The notes under the pieces were generated by a model. It saw only the letters and a list, made by a program, of their open reading frames with translations. It ran no database searches and was not told where the DNA came from. From an uncultured Opitutaceae bacterium (GTDB lineage Bacteria; Verrucomicrobiota; Verrucomicrobiia; Opitutales; Opitutaceae): 64,000 nucleotides of DNA. The stretch's first letter is position 1. Every line of letters starts with the position of its first letter. The DNA is taken from the NCBI GenBank assembly GCA_951813085.1, contig OX638348.1, positions 627,627 through 691,626 of the forward strand, read 5' to 3'. Made by a program: the position numbers and the translations under genes. Positions 8,960 to 19,327 of this stretch are shown here, piece by piece.

Positions 8960-11900
8960 CTACGTGGAAAGAGATCTTGTATCCTCAGAAGAGGTGTCGT
9001 CTTTTCTGAATACGAATTGAATGTATCCAAAGAATCGCACGCGCAGGTCATCGAATAGGGTATAGAACAAGGGGACGACCAGAAGGGTGAGAATGGTTGC
9101 GGTGAGCATTCCTCCCATCATAGCGCGGCCGAGTGGCGAATAGGATACATCCATCATTTTCGTATCACCCATGGACATAGGGATCATTCCGAAAATGGTT
9201 GTGAGCGACGTCATCCATATCGGACGAAAGCGCCGTTTGCAGGCTTCTACGATTGCATCCATCCGCTTAAGCCCTTCCGCGCGGAGCCGCGTTATGAGGT
9301 CGATAAGGACAATCCCGTTATTCACGACGACGCCAAGCAATATGATTGTACCGATTGTCGCCATAATATTGAAGCTGGTTCTCGTTAGGTAGAGCGTCCA
9401 CACGACTCCAACGCCGGCGAGAGGCATCGTTAGGAAAATGGAGAAGGGTAAGATGAATGACTCGAACATCGCTCCCATCAAAAGAATGATGAATACGATA
9501 ATCATTATGAGTGTGAATGTGAATGTTTCGTTGGTTTCCTGCATTTGCCGATACTGGCCGCCCTTGTCCCAACGGTAGCCTCGTGGAAACTCCAAGCCCT
9601 TCATAACGGCATCCGTGCGTTGGAACAGCGCCTTTGAGTCTTTTTCCGTGGCGATTCCCTGAACTCTCATGATCGTCTTGCGATCTTGGCGACGTATGCT
9701 GCGCGATCCGGCTTCGTAGGACAGCGTTGCGAGCGATTCGAGGGGAACGAGAGTACCGTCATTCCCTTCGAACGTCAGTCGTTGCACGTGGGCGACGCTT
9801 TCTCGATCACTTTCATCGAGCCATATGCGAATCCGGCTGCGGCGACCATTGTCATCATAATAGTAGCCGACGATATTGCCTCGGATCGCATAGGATATGG
9901 CTCCCGATATCGCCTGCGTCTGTATGCCGAAGTGATTGGCCCTTTCCCTGTCTAGAATGATGTTCATTTCCTGGCGCTGCATGTCCTCATCCGTTTCCAC
10001 TGCAACGAGGCCTTCCACGGTTCGTAGACGACGCTCTACTTCCTGGCTTAGGGACTTGAGCGTTTCGGTGTCATCGCCGTATAGTGTAACGTTGAAGACT
10101 TTGGTGGGGTCCTGATCTTTGGCGTTGAAACGGAGTTGGGCTCCTGGAGGCGTTTCAATCTTTTCACGGAGATCTTCGATTATTTCTTGGCGCGTCAAAT
10201 GCGGATTGTCCCATAGTCCGATCGACCCCATTAGCGATTGATAGCCTGTTACGTACCATGGTTTCACTGCTTCGTCGAATTGGAGTTCAATGTTTCCTTC
10301 CGACGCAGTATAGAACGAGGAGTAGGTATCGAAGTTATATCTCTCCTTCTCTGAATCCAAATGCTCGTAGACGGTGTGGAAGTATCGTTCGATGGTTTCG
10401 AGCGACTGCCCCCCGGGAAACTCGTACCGCAATCTGACGTCCTGAGGGCCGCCGGCTCCGAGATCTTTGCCGATGTTTTGAAACGGAACGGCTATCGATA
10501 GCCCGATAAGAGCCATCAGTATTATTGATGCATAGCTTCTTTGCCTTAGGGTCCAGCGAAGCATTCCCAGGTAGAACTGCGCAATTCTCGAATTGGATTC
10601 GGTTCCATTTTTCGTATTTACTCTCTCGTTAAATACTTTTGTAGCCAACGGTATTAGAAGGAGGGCAATGAGTAGAGAGGCGATTAGGCTTAGCATGACC
10701 GGAACGCCAATTCGAAGGAGCCAGAATTGAAGTTCATCTCCTTCCCCCATGAGGATGAGAGGGAGAAAGACGACGATCGTAGTCAGGGTAGCCAGCGTTA
10801 TTGCCATGCCCATTTCGCTGGCTCCGAGAAGAGATGCTTTACTTGGATTCAATCCCAGTTGCCTCTTAACGTGTATGTTCTCTACAATTACAATTGAATT
10901 GTCGACGACGAGTCCAACGCTCAGCAAAAGCCCCATCATCGTCGCCATGTTAAGCGACCATCCCAGGAAATATAAGGCTATGATGGACGCTAGGATCGAA
11001 AGCGGAATCGCGAGCATGATCGTTATTGTCATCTTCGCGGAACGCAGAAACAGGAATAGGACGATAACTGAAAAAAGCCCGCCCCAAAGGCCGGCATTCT
11101 TCAGATTGTTGACCGACTCCGTTACATGTTTTCCTTGATTCCAAAACACATGGAATTTAACGGAGTCTAATTCGGGCAATGCTTCCAGCTCGTTCAATGC
11201 GGCAACGACGTCTTCACAAACCTGGACGATATTCGCTCCGGATGACCGCGTAATCTCGATACCGTAGCTTCGATCCCTTTCTAAAGCAAAGACGCGCCAG
11301 GTATCTTCCGGCTCCGGATCAATCGTTGCGATGTCGCCTAGGAAAAGCCCTATATCCGTATCTACGGGAATCGTATTGAATGTCTCGAGATCGGGAATGC
11401 GACCGACGGAACGTACGAAAAGCTCCCGATCGGATTCTTCAACCAGTCCGGCGCTCAGGTTAAAATTTTGATTGTTCAATGTGGCCGCCAAGCGCGCGAC
11501 GCTTATGTTGTGGGCTTTGACCTTGTCGTGATCGAGTTCGATGCGGATCTCGCGTCCACGAACTCCATTCATCTCAACGTTGCCCACTCCATTGATACGT
11601 TGAAGAGCAGGGAGAATGTACCGATCCGATGCGTAATCGACGTCCACCTTGCTCTCATCGATCGACATGGCCGCAAAGAGTATGGGTATGTCATTGGCGC
11701 TAAACTTGTAGACGTTGATTTGCTCTACTTCGTCAGGAAGCTCAGGCATAACGCGATCCATGCGGTCGCGAACATTCGCGTATGCTTCGCTGATATCGAT
11801 CCCTCGATGAAACGTAACAAATACTTGAGAATACGATTCTCGGGAGATGGCAGTGATGCGATCGATTCCTGGAACGGTTCCAAGCCCTTCTTCGACTTTT

Positions 11901-12115
11901 TTCGTTATCTTTTCCTCGGTATCGGTAGGATTGGTGTTTGGATAGGCAATGCCTAGGAAGAGCGCTGGACTTTCCATGTCGTCTGGAAACAAGGCGATGG
12001 GGATTCTTATATAAGCAATCGCTCCTACGACGAGTAGGGTGAGCAGGCTCATCGTCACCAAAGTGGGCCGTTTTACGGACAATGAAGGGAGTATGCTGTG
12101 GTTTCTTCCTTCCAT
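8960..12115 (-). CDS. RND efflux permease (HAE1 family; MdtC/AcrB-like), second pump of a tandem pair
   Basis: 1051 aa with a typical RND N-terminus (…VTMSLLTLLVVGAIAYIRIPIALFPD…) and 12-TM architecture. Its ATG directly abuts the TAG of the upstream RND gene. Confidence 0.85.
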   Translation of the reverse strand: MEGRNHSILPSLSVKRPTLVTMSLLTLLVVGAIAYIRIPIALFPDDMESPALFLGIAYPNTNPTDTEEKITKKVEEGLGTVPGIDRITAISRESYSQVFVTFHRGIDISEAYANVRDRMDRVMPELPDEVEQINVYKFSANDIPILFAAMSIDESKVDVDYASDRYILPALQRINGVGNVEMNGVRGREIRIELDHDKVKAHNISVARLAATLNNQNFNLSAGLVEESDRELFVRSVGRIPDLETFNTIPVDTDIGLFLGDIATIDPEPEDTWRVFALERDRSYGIEITRSSGANIVQVCEDVVAALNELEALPELDSVKFHVFWNQGKHVTESVNNLKNAGLWGGLFSVIVLFLFLRSAKMTITIMLAIPLSILASIIALYFLGWSLNMATMMGLLLSVGLVVDNSIVIVENIHVKRQLGLNPSKASLLGASEMGMAITLATLTTIVVFLPLILMGEGDELQFWLLRIGVPVMLSLIASLLIALLLIPLATKVFNERVNTKNGTESNSRIAQFYLGMLRWTLRQRSYASIILMALIGLSIAVPFQNIGKDLGAGGPQDVRLRYEFPGGQSLETIERYFHTVYEHLDSEKERYNFDTYSSFYTASEGNIELQFDEAVKPWYVTGYQSLMGSIGLWDNPHLTRQEIIEDLREKIETPPGAQLRFNAKDQDPTKVFNVTLYGDDTETLKSLSQEVERRLRTVEGLVAVETDEDMQRQEMNIILDRERANHFGIQTQAISGAISYAIRGNIVGYYYDDNGRRSRIRIWLDESDRESVAHVQRLTFEGNDGTLVPLESLATLSYEAGSRSIRRQDRKTIMRVQGIATEKDSKALFQRTDAVMKGLEFPRGYRWDKGGQYRQMQETNETFTFTLIMIIVFIILLMGAMFESFILPFSIFLTMPLAGVGVVWTLYLTRTSFNIMATIGTIILLGVVVNNGIVLIDLITRLRAEGLKRMDAIVEACKRRFRPIWMTSLTTIFGMIPMSMGDTKMMDVSYSPLGRAMMGGMLTATILTLLVVPLFYTLFDDLRVRFFGYIQFVFRKDDTSSEDTRSLST

Positions 12116-15100
12116 CTATATCGGTGCGCTAGCTCCTGCTTCCGGAAGGGAATCCTCATCTTTGATCAAATCTACGACCCGCTCTCTGTCGATAAGCGAA
12201 TAGGCGCATGGGATCACTATAAGCGTCAGGAGAGTGGATACACTGAGACCGGATATGACAGTTATCGCGAGCGGAACGCGTATTTCCGCGCCTTCTCCCA
12301 TCCCTAAAGCCATAGGCGTTATGCCGAGAACGGTTGTCATGGTCGTCATCAGAATAGGTCGAAAACGAATGAGGCAGGCCTTCTTGATCGCGTCTCCTTT
12401 TTCCATGCCATCCCGACGCCTGAGCGTGTTGATGTAGTCTACCAATACAATAGCATTGTTGACGACGATGCCGGCCAGCATAATTAGTCCGATGAATACA
12501 AGAATATTCAATGTCCAACCTCCGGTATAGAGAGTGAGCAAAACGCCGATCATCCCAAGGGGGACAGTTAATAGGATTATAAGAGGGTGCACGAGTGATT
12601 CGAACTGGCTCGCCATTACGATGTATACGAGGAAAAGCGCCAGGCCGAGAGCGAATATCATGCTTGATGTGGAACGTTCCATTTCCTCACGCTGTCCAGC
12701 GATGCTGTAGGCGAAGCCCGCAGGAAATTCGAGTTGATTGAGCGATGCTTGAATTCGGCGAGAGGCTTCCGCCAAGTCGATGGAATCCACGTTCGCATAG
12801 ATGACCGTTCCACGCTGCTGGTCGATATGTCGGACTTCATTGGCTCCCTCCTTGACGATGAAATCCGCTACAGCTGATAGCTGAATAGGGAACTCTCCAC
12901 GAGGGTTGACGATCAGTTTCTTGAGGTCTTCGAGTCCGTAGCGATCATCTTCTTCGATGCGCACGCGAATATCGATTTGGCGGTCTTTTTTTCGGAACGT
13001 CGTAGCCACACGCCCTTGAACTTTATTGCGTACGAGCTCCGCTATGGGGCGTAGCTCGAGGCCGAGTTGCACGATACGCTTTCGATCATAGATGATCTGA
13101 ACCTCCGGACTCCCAGGCTGCAAGTTCGAGCGGGCGTCCACGATTCCGGGAATGCCACTAAGCTGATCGACGACTCTAGCGCTAAGCCCTTTCATCGTAT
13201 CTAGATCGTATCCAAATAATTCCACCTCGATTGGCGCTTTTGAACTAAATAGGACAGGGTAGTCGATTTCCATGGCCAGGTCTGGAATATTGGCCGCTCG
13301 ATTCCTGAGATCAGCAATTAGACTTTGCTCCAGCGCTTCGCTCGATCCTGAATCCATTACGACGGTAATGCGTGACGTGTGTTCACCTTCATCCGCATCG
13401 CTAGTCGCTCCTTTTTCAGTTCCTACAGCGGTAGCGAACGAAGCGACTCGATCGTCGTTATCCAATAGTGATTCGATTGTTATGATAGTAGAGGCGGTCT
13501 TCACGATGGGGGTTCCAACCGGTAGTTTCGAATCTATGTAAAATTCTCCTTGCCGCGTTTCGGGTATCAATTCGTTTCCGATTAATGGATACACGTAGAT
13601 CATGCAAAGAGTAAATGATCCAAATGCGATTGCGAGAACGACGACGCGTGCATTCAATGCAGCGATTAAGAACCCTTCGTATACACGGCTTAGGGTTGTA
13701 ATGAATAGCTTCGAAAGGGCGAGGGCCGGTTTGGTCAGGGAAAGGAGAAATCCTAGGAGCTTACCAATCAAGAATACCAAAAAGATGACAACGAGATTGA
13801 TCGATTCGAACAGTTTTCCTATAATTTGGAATACGAACTCAATCAGCAATATTGCTATGTTGATCGTCTGGATGGGAATGTAGCCGCATAATTGAACAAT
13901 CTTTAGAAGCCCGCTTGCTTGCTTTAAGCTGTCGTCGTAGGCGTTCCATCGTTCCCTGAATCTTGCGAATGGTTGGATAAGAAACGAAAGATTCCAGTAG
14001 GATATACGAGTCTTAGCGCTCGAGTTCACGGAAGCGCTACGAGACGCGAGCATCGGTATGAAGAAAAGCGCTACGAGTAGAGAGGCAATGAGGGAGAAAA
14101 CGACTGTCAATGACATATCGCCAAACACTTGTCCTGCAACTCCCTCGACGAATACGATCGGAAAGAATACGGCTATGGTTGTAAGAGTTGACGCAAATAC
14201 AGCGCCGCCTACTTCGGATACGCCCCGAATCGTTGCCGCTTTTATCTCATCTCCTTCTTCTCTACAGCGTGAGATGCTCTCCAGAACCACGATTGAATTG
14301 TCTACCAGCATGCCAATGCCAAGCGCGAGTCCCCCAAGCGAAATGATATTCAGTGACACATCGCTCAAATACATGGGAGCGAAGGTTGCGATGACGGATA
14401 CGGGGATTGTAATCCCGATGATGAGGGTGGTGCCTACTTTTCGCAGGAAAAGAAATATCACGGTTACTGCGATCAATCCACCGAATACAGCATTGCCCTT
14501 TACCTCCTCGATAGACGCTTTTATAAAAATGGATTGGTCGGTGAGTACGCCGATAGAGATACCGGGAGGCATCTTGTAAGCGATAAAGTCCGTTAGCCTC
14601 AGGTGATCGCGTAAGGTAGGCTCTTTCGGCTTAGTCGGCGATTCGCTCTTGTCCGATTTTTTCGATTCAGTTGATTCGTTATCGGCATTCGATTTCTTTT
14701 CCTGCTCTTCAACGTATTCGATTTGGGCGGGGAGGCCGAAAATTCGATTTCTTACCAACCGCGCTACTTCCACGATATTGGCATTTGCTTCCTTGTATAT
14801 TTCGACTTCGATGCTTTCGACACCGTTAACGCGGGTAATGATCTCTCTTTCCTTATGCTTCGCTTCGACCCGCGCGAAATCGCGTAGTCGAATATCCACT
14901 CCATTTTTCTCCGCGATGACAATGTTCGCCATATCGCTTATCGACTGGAACTCATTCAATGTACGAATCATGTACTGAGTCTCGCCCTCATCGAGTTGTC
15001 CACCAGGGATGTTGACGTTATTTTCAGCCAGCTTGTTGTTCACCTGCTGAATATCCAACCCGAGCGATGCCAGTTTATGCTCGTCGATATTGACTTGGTA

Positions 15101-15694
15101 TTCCTCTTCCAGGCCGCCTTTGACCCGAACAGCAGCCAACCCCTCTTCGCCTTCGAGGTCACGTTGAAGAACATCCTCAACGATAACGCGAAGCTCGTCC
15201 AAAGGGATTTTATCGCTGGTAACCCCAATTCTCATTATGGGATCGAGGGTAGGGTCGTACCTTAATATTAGCGGACGGGTGGCTTCTTCAGGAAGACGGA
15301 CGCGATCCATCTTTTCCCGTATCTCCTGAGTGATCAGACCCATGTCTGTATTCCAAGAGAACTCCATCACGATATCGGACTGCTCGGCCCTAGAAATGGA
15401 GCTGTGTGACTCCAAATTTGAAACGATCGCGAGTTGTTGCTCCAGTGGCTGAGAAATCTGGGTTTCTACCTCTTGAGGGGCGGTTCCCGGATATTCGGTA
15501 CGGATCGTCAAGCTCGGATATGAAATATCTGGCATGAGCGTCAGCGGCAATTTTTTATACGATACGAATCCGAATACGGAAACGGCTATGACGATCATCA
15601 AAATCGTTACTGGTCGCCGTGTGGAGATCTCAAATACGGAGGGTTTTTTCACGCGGCCGAGTAGTGATATCTTGGACGTTCGTTTGTATTCCAA
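12116..15694 (-). CDS. RND efflux permease (HAE1 family; MdtB-like), enlarged with insertions
   Basis: 1192 aa with RND N-terminus (…ILMIVIAVSVFGFVSYKKLPLTLMPDISYP…). Contains a K/E/S-rich low-complexity insert (…EEQEKKSNADNESTESKKSDKSESPTKPKEP…) and an extra hydrophobic segment between TM6 and TM7. Confidence 0.85.
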   Translation of the reverse strand: MEYKRTSKISLLGRVKKPSVFEISTRRPVTILMIVIAVSVFGFVSYKKLPLTLMPDISYPSLTIRTEYPGTAPQEVETQISQPLEQQLAIVSNLESHSSISRAEQSDIVMEFSWNTDMGLITQEIREKMDRVRLPEEATRPLILRYDPTLDPIMRIGVTSDKIPLDELRVIVEDVLQRDLEGEEGLAAVRVKGGLEEEYQVNIDEHKLASLGLDIQQVNNKLAENNVNIPGGQLDEGETQYMIRTLNEFQSISDMANIVIAEKNGVDIRLRDFARVEAKHKEREIITRVNGVESIEVEIYKEANANIVEVARLVRNRIFGLPAQIEYVEEQEKKSNADNESTESKKSDKSESPTKPKEPTLRDHLRLTDFIAYKMPPGISIGVLTDQSIFIKASIEEVKGNAVFGGLIAVTVIFLFLRKVGTTLIIGITIPVSVIATFAPMYLSDVSLNIISLGGLALGIGMLVDNSIVVLESISRCREEGDEIKAATIRGVSEVGGAVFASTLTTIAVFFPIVFVEGVAGQVFGDMSLTVVFSLIASLLVALFFIPMLASRSASVNSSAKTRISYWNLSFLIQPFARFRERWNAYDDSLKQASGLLKIVQLCGYIPIQTINIAILLIEFVFQIIGKLFESINLVVIFLVFLIGKLLGFLLSLTKPALALSKLFITTLSRVYEGFLIAALNARVVVLAIAFGSFTLCMIYVYPLIGNELIPETRQGEFYIDSKLPVGTPIVKTASTIITIESLLDNDDRVASFATAVGTEKGATSDADEGEHTSRITVVMDSGSSEALEQSLIADLRNRAANIPDLAMEIDYPVLFSSKAPIEVELFGYDLDTMKGLSARVVDQLSGIPGIVDARSNLQPGSPEVQIIYDRKRIVQLGLELRPIAELVRNKVQGRVATTFRKKDRQIDIRVRIEEDDRYGLEDLKKLIVNPRGEFPIQLSAVADFIVKEGANEVRHIDQQRGTVIYANVDSIDLAEASRRIQASLNQLEFPAGFAYSIAGQREEMERSTSSMIFALGLALFLVYIVMASQFESLVHPLIILLTVPLGMIGVLLTLYTGGWTLNILVFIGLIMLAGIVVNNAIVLVDYINTLRRRDGMEKGDAIKKACLIRFRPILMTTMTTVLGITPMALGMGEGAEIRVPLAITVISGLSVSTLLTLIVIPCAYSLIDRERVVDLIKDEDSLPEAGASAPI

Positions 15695-15696
15695 TA

Positions 15697-16824
15697 CTAG
15701 CCTTCGCTGGGTCGCGACTGGTTGGACGTCTCCGCATTTCGAACCGATAGGCTATCGTCGACAATCTTTACCTTCGCGCCATCTTTCAGGGCATTGTGAC
15801 CGAGGATAATGATCGATTCGCCCTCATCCAGGCCATTGAGCGATTCGATGCGATCGCTATTCGCGTATCCAGGATGAAACTCTGTCTTTTCGGCGATGGC
15901 ATCTTTCACTTTGTAAATGTACATTTTCTCTCCTTCGTGAACGATTGCTGCCTTGGGTATGATCACTGCATCGGGTTTCGTATCCAACACGATCCTAACG
16001 GTCACGAACATCCCGGGATAAATAGGGGTCGCGCTGTTGTGGTCTACAGCGACCTTAACATTGAAGGTACCGCTGGCAGAGTCGATAGCTGGGCTGACAA
16101 GCTTCACTTCGGCATCATACGATACGCCCTCGATAATTTCAGAGACAATTTCCGATTTGAGACCTTTCTGGATGTGTAGCATATGCTGCCCAGGAATGTT
16201 CACCTGAGCGAAAAGCTCGTCCATATTTAGGAGCGAGAAAAGCGCATTGCTTCCTGAAACCCGTTCTCCTTCTTGAGTGAGTCGCTTTGAAATAACTCCG
16301 GAAACAGGAGCTCGGACTTTCGTGTCCTCTAAACGGATACGGGAGCGCTCGTAGTTGATCTCCGCCTGCTCTAGATCGAAAAGCTCGGTATCGTATTCTT
16401 GTTGATTGATCAGGCTTCGATCAAACAGGTCCTGAGTCCTCTGAAATTTAGATTGCAGATGCTGATAGCGCGAAAGGGACTCCTTGACGTTAACTTGCTC
16501 TTCTTCGTTTTCGAGTTGAGCGATTATTTGTCCAGCCTCGACCGCATCGCCAACCTCGGCGAGCACTTCAACGACGAGTCCAGTGGATTCTGGGAAAATC
16601 TCAACGGCGCTTTCGGTTTCAAGAATCGAGTCGAACTCAAGGAAAGAAGAAATTTCACCGCGTTCAGCGGTTGCAACCTTTACGGGAATTTCGGTGACGA
16701 CTTCCTTCTCTTCCGAATCGGCTTTCGCGTCCTTGCCGTTACCTGGCGAATCTCCTACTTTCCCGCAACTCACGAGGATGATGCAGGCCAAGGAGGCGAT
16801 AAAGATTCGATAGAGGGTTTTCAT
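15697..16824 (-). CDS. RND efflux periplasmic adaptor (membrane fusion protein, HlyD/MdtA-like), lipoprotein
   Basis: Lipoprotein signal (…LACIILVSCGK). Coiled-coil plus beta-barrel MFP layout. First gene of the MFP-RND-RND operon on the minus strand. Confidence 0.85.
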   Translation of the reverse strand: MKTLYRIFIASLACIILVSCGKVGDSPGNGKDAKADSEEKEVVTEIPVKVATAERGEISSFLEFDSILETESAVEIFPESTGLVVEVLAEVGDAVEAGQIIAQLENEEEQVNVKESLSRYQHLQSKFQRTQDLFDRSLINQQEYDTELFDLEQAEINYERSRIRLEDTKVRAPVSGVISKRLTQEGERVSGSNALFSLLNMDELFAQVNIPGQHMLHIQKGLKSEIVSEIIEGVSYDAEVKLVSPAIDSASGTFNVKVAVDHNSATPIYPGMFVTVRIVLDTKPDAVIIPKAAIVHEGEKMYIYKVKDAIAEKTEFHPGYANSDRIESLNGLDEGESIIILGHNALKDGAKVKIVDDSLSVRNAETSNQSRPSEG

Positions 16825-17010
16825 GGAAGGAAAGCTATCAATGGAGCGAGGAATAGGTTCGTTAGGTGGCGTTGCGCGAAATGAGGCGCGCCTCGGGTTG
16901 GAACGTTGATTCCTCGCTGAGCTCCCACACTTCTTCAGTCAATTGTCTTTTACACGTAAAACGCTATCAAAGTTGCGCTATTTGTAGGAAAAAGCGACAA
17001 CGTAAGTCGA

Positions 17011-17772
17011 TTATAGCGCTCCCTTGGGTTTGTCGATTAACCGCGCGTGAACCTGGGCTACCATTCCCATAGAGTTGTTCATCGAATATTCGGTGGCAGC
17101 GAGGCGAATATGCTCCGTCGCCTGCTTGGTTTGGCCATTGGCTTCGAAATATAGTCCGAGGTAGAGGTGAGCGTAGCAAAGACGCTGCCGATTGCGTTCA
17201 GGGTCGGAACCTGGAGGACTGGCCGCCTCGAGTACTTCTTTGGGTGAGCCGGAACCATGGAAAAGCGCCCAGATCTCTTTCATCGGGATTCTCGAATCGA
17301 ATTGAATCGGAATGAAGGACTGGCGAGCTGCCTCGAGGCCATCGATCCTGGCTTTGCAAATGAAGTGCCAAACTGCGTTTTCGACATCCTGGCCATTGAC
17401 GGTTTGGTGGAGCTCGAATTGGCGCGTCCCGTTTGCGTATTGGCCCGCATAGTAGTAGCAAATCCCTCTTTGCCAATGGTGGGCTTCTTGGCTCGGGGAG
17501 ATTGCGATAACCTGATCGAAATCGGCGATCGCCCGCTCCATGTCCCCCAATTCAAAATAGGCTACTCCTCGTGACTGATGGGCTCTGGCCGAGGATGGGT
17601 GTTCGCGGATGGATTGGTCGAGAAAGGCGATCGTTTCCTTTAATTCTGCGATCCTCTCTGGCGACTGAGCGGATAGCTTTGAGTCGGGGATGGCGCAAAT
17701 TAATGCGGCGGTAGCGATCGCCGGTTTCAAGCAAGAGTCCAAGTCCATTGGACTGGAAGCGTGGACCGGCAA
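17011..17772 (-). CDS. TPR-repeat protein
   Basis: Tetratricopeptide-like repeats (…AHQSRGVAYFELGDMERAIADFDQVIAISP…HHWQRGICYYYAGQY…). Confidence 0.6.
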   Translation of the reverse strand: MPVHASSPMDLDSCLKPAIATAALICAIPDSKLSAQSPERIAELKETIAFLDQSIREHPSSARAHQSRGVAYFELGDMERAIADFDQVIAISPSQEAHHWQRGICYYYAGQYANGTRQFELHQTVNGQDVENAVWHFICKARIDGLEAARQSFIPIQFDSRIPMKEIWALFHGSGSPKEVLEAASPPGSDPERNRQRLCYAHLYLGLYFEANGQTKQATEHIRLAATEYSMNNSMGMVAQVHARLIDKPKGAL

Positions 17773-17826
17773 TGCGAGTTGTTCAAGCGCTCGCTGCTTG
17801 TTTCAGGGGAAGGGGTGTCGAGAACG

Positions 17827-18207
17827 CTAGTTGCGCATGCCCGCGAGGGCCTTGTTCGCCTCAATGTAGCATTCGGGCCACTTCGGACCCTTCTTCTTGC
17901 TGAGGGCGCTATTGTAAAGCTCTTCCTGCTCCTTGATCGAGCGGTCAATCAGCTTCGCAAGCTCCGAAATCTCAGGCTGGAACTGGCGGGCGGCTTCATC
18001 GATTCGCTTTCTCAGCTTGTGCGGAGGGAGCTCTGCTTGACTTGAGCTGTAGAGATTGATCCCCGCATTTTCCCAATCTATCGTAAAACGCTTGATCGCT
18101 ACTTCATCGCCGTCTTTCTCGGCAAGCACTGCTTCAATCTTCGTTTGAAGCGCCAAGCGTTGCTTTTCCCATTTACGGAGCAAACGTCGCTTATCCTTTG
18201 GTTGCAT
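17827..18207 (-). CDS. Hypothetical protein (126 aa)
   Basis: ORF immediately upstream of and co-directional with the TPR gene. No recognisable family. Confidence 0.35.
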   Translation of the reverse strand: MQPKDKRRLLRKWEKQRLALQTKIEAVLAEKDGDEVAIKRFTIDWENAGINLYSSSQAELPPHKLRKRIDEAARQFQPEISELAKLIDRSIKEQEELYNSALSKKKGPKWPECYIEANKALAGMRN

Positions 18208-18296
18208 AGACTTAGAATCGGTCGGCCTGAGTAGTTTCTTTAGCGGTTCAAGCCGAATGTTTCGCGCGCTAGCTTAGCGAGTGAGGGTGAGCCCTT

Positions 18297-19313
18297 ATGG
18301 TAGCGGGCAGAAATGACCCATGCCCGTGGAGCGAAAGAACTGGATTGCGCTTGCCTTGGGCCTTTCTACGCGAGATTGGGTTGGGTATCGAAGAGATACC
18401 AGCAGCGCATTCGGATTTCGGGTATGGACGAGTGGGTTTCGTTTCCATTATTGGAAGACCAAACGTGGGCAAGTCCACCTTTCTCAACAAGACCCTGGGT
18501 TATCACCTAGCGGCTATCTCGAATCGACCGAATACAACTCGAAAACGATGGCTGGGCATTCTCAGCGACGCTGAGTCGCAAATTATATTCGCGGACACGC
18601 CAGGTGTCCATGCGTCTTCAAATAAGATGCAGGAGGCCATGGCAAAAACCGTGCGAGCGGAAATCGAGGGAAACGATACGATTGTCTGTCTTTGCGATGC
18701 GACACGCGCTTTTGGCGATGAAGATCGGCAGGTAGCGCCGCTCGCTCAGAATAGCTCCAAGCCAGTGACGCTCGTTGTCAACAAATTGGACATCGCGGAT
18801 GCCAGCCAGGCTGAGGAAATTCAAGATGCCTATTTGGCGCTGCTCGGAGACGTGAGTGTATTTCATGTGTCCGCTCTGACCGGATCTGGGCTTGATCCGC
18901 TTTTGGCTCATATTCGTTGCCTCTTGCCTGAGGGGCCTTTCCTCTTTCCAGAAGACCAGCTGACGGATGTAATTGAGCGGGAAATCGCGGAAGAGCTCAT
19001 AAGGGAAGCAGCTAACGAATGCCTTTGGGAAGAACTGCCGCAATCGATTATAGTGAAAATCGATACGTGGTCCGAGAATGCCAAAAAAGTAAAGATCGCG
19101 GCGACGTTGTTCGTGGAGCGCGAAAGCCAAAAATCGATCGTCATCGGAGAGAAGGGCGCCATGGCGAATCGGATCATCAAAGGAGCCCGCGAGAAGCTAA
19201 GAGAAAGCGTGGATAAGTTCGTGGATGTGAAGCTTTCCGTGAAAGTTGCGTTAGACTGGCAAAACAAGAAACGTTTCTTGGAAGACTACCGAATCGTAGA
19301 TTCGAAGCGGTAG
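18297..19313 (+). CDS. era: GTPase Era
   Basis: G1 motif GRPNVGKST, G3 DTPG, NKLD, and a C-terminal KH-domain region. The true start is probably downstream of 18297 (around 18375), because the Era core begins at …GFVSIIGRPNVGKST. Confidence 0.85.
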   Translation: MVAGRNDPCPWSERTGLRLPWAFLREIGLGIEEIPAAHSDFGYGRVGFVSIIGRPNVGKSTFLNKTLGYHLAAISNRPNTTRKRWLGILSDAESQIIFADTPGVHASSNKMQEAMAKTVRAEIEGNDTIVCLCDATRAFGDEDRQVAPLAQNSSKPVTLVVNKLDIADASQAEEIQDAYLALLGDVSVFHVSALTGSGLDPLLAHIRCLLPEGPFLFPEDQLTDVIEREIAEELIREAANECLWEELPQSIIVKIDTWSENAKKVKIAATLFVERESQKSIVIGEKGAMANRIIKGAREKLRESVDKFVDVKLSVKVALDWQNKKRFLEDYRIVDSKR

Positions 19314-19327
19314 CTGGATCGCAAACG

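Noticed and set aside
8960-15694. RND1–RND2 translational fusion by TAG read-through
   Set aside because: An abutting stop and start (TAG then ATG) is a common coupling arrangement. Both proteins have their own complete N-terminal TM1 regions. The same frame occurs by chance one time in three.
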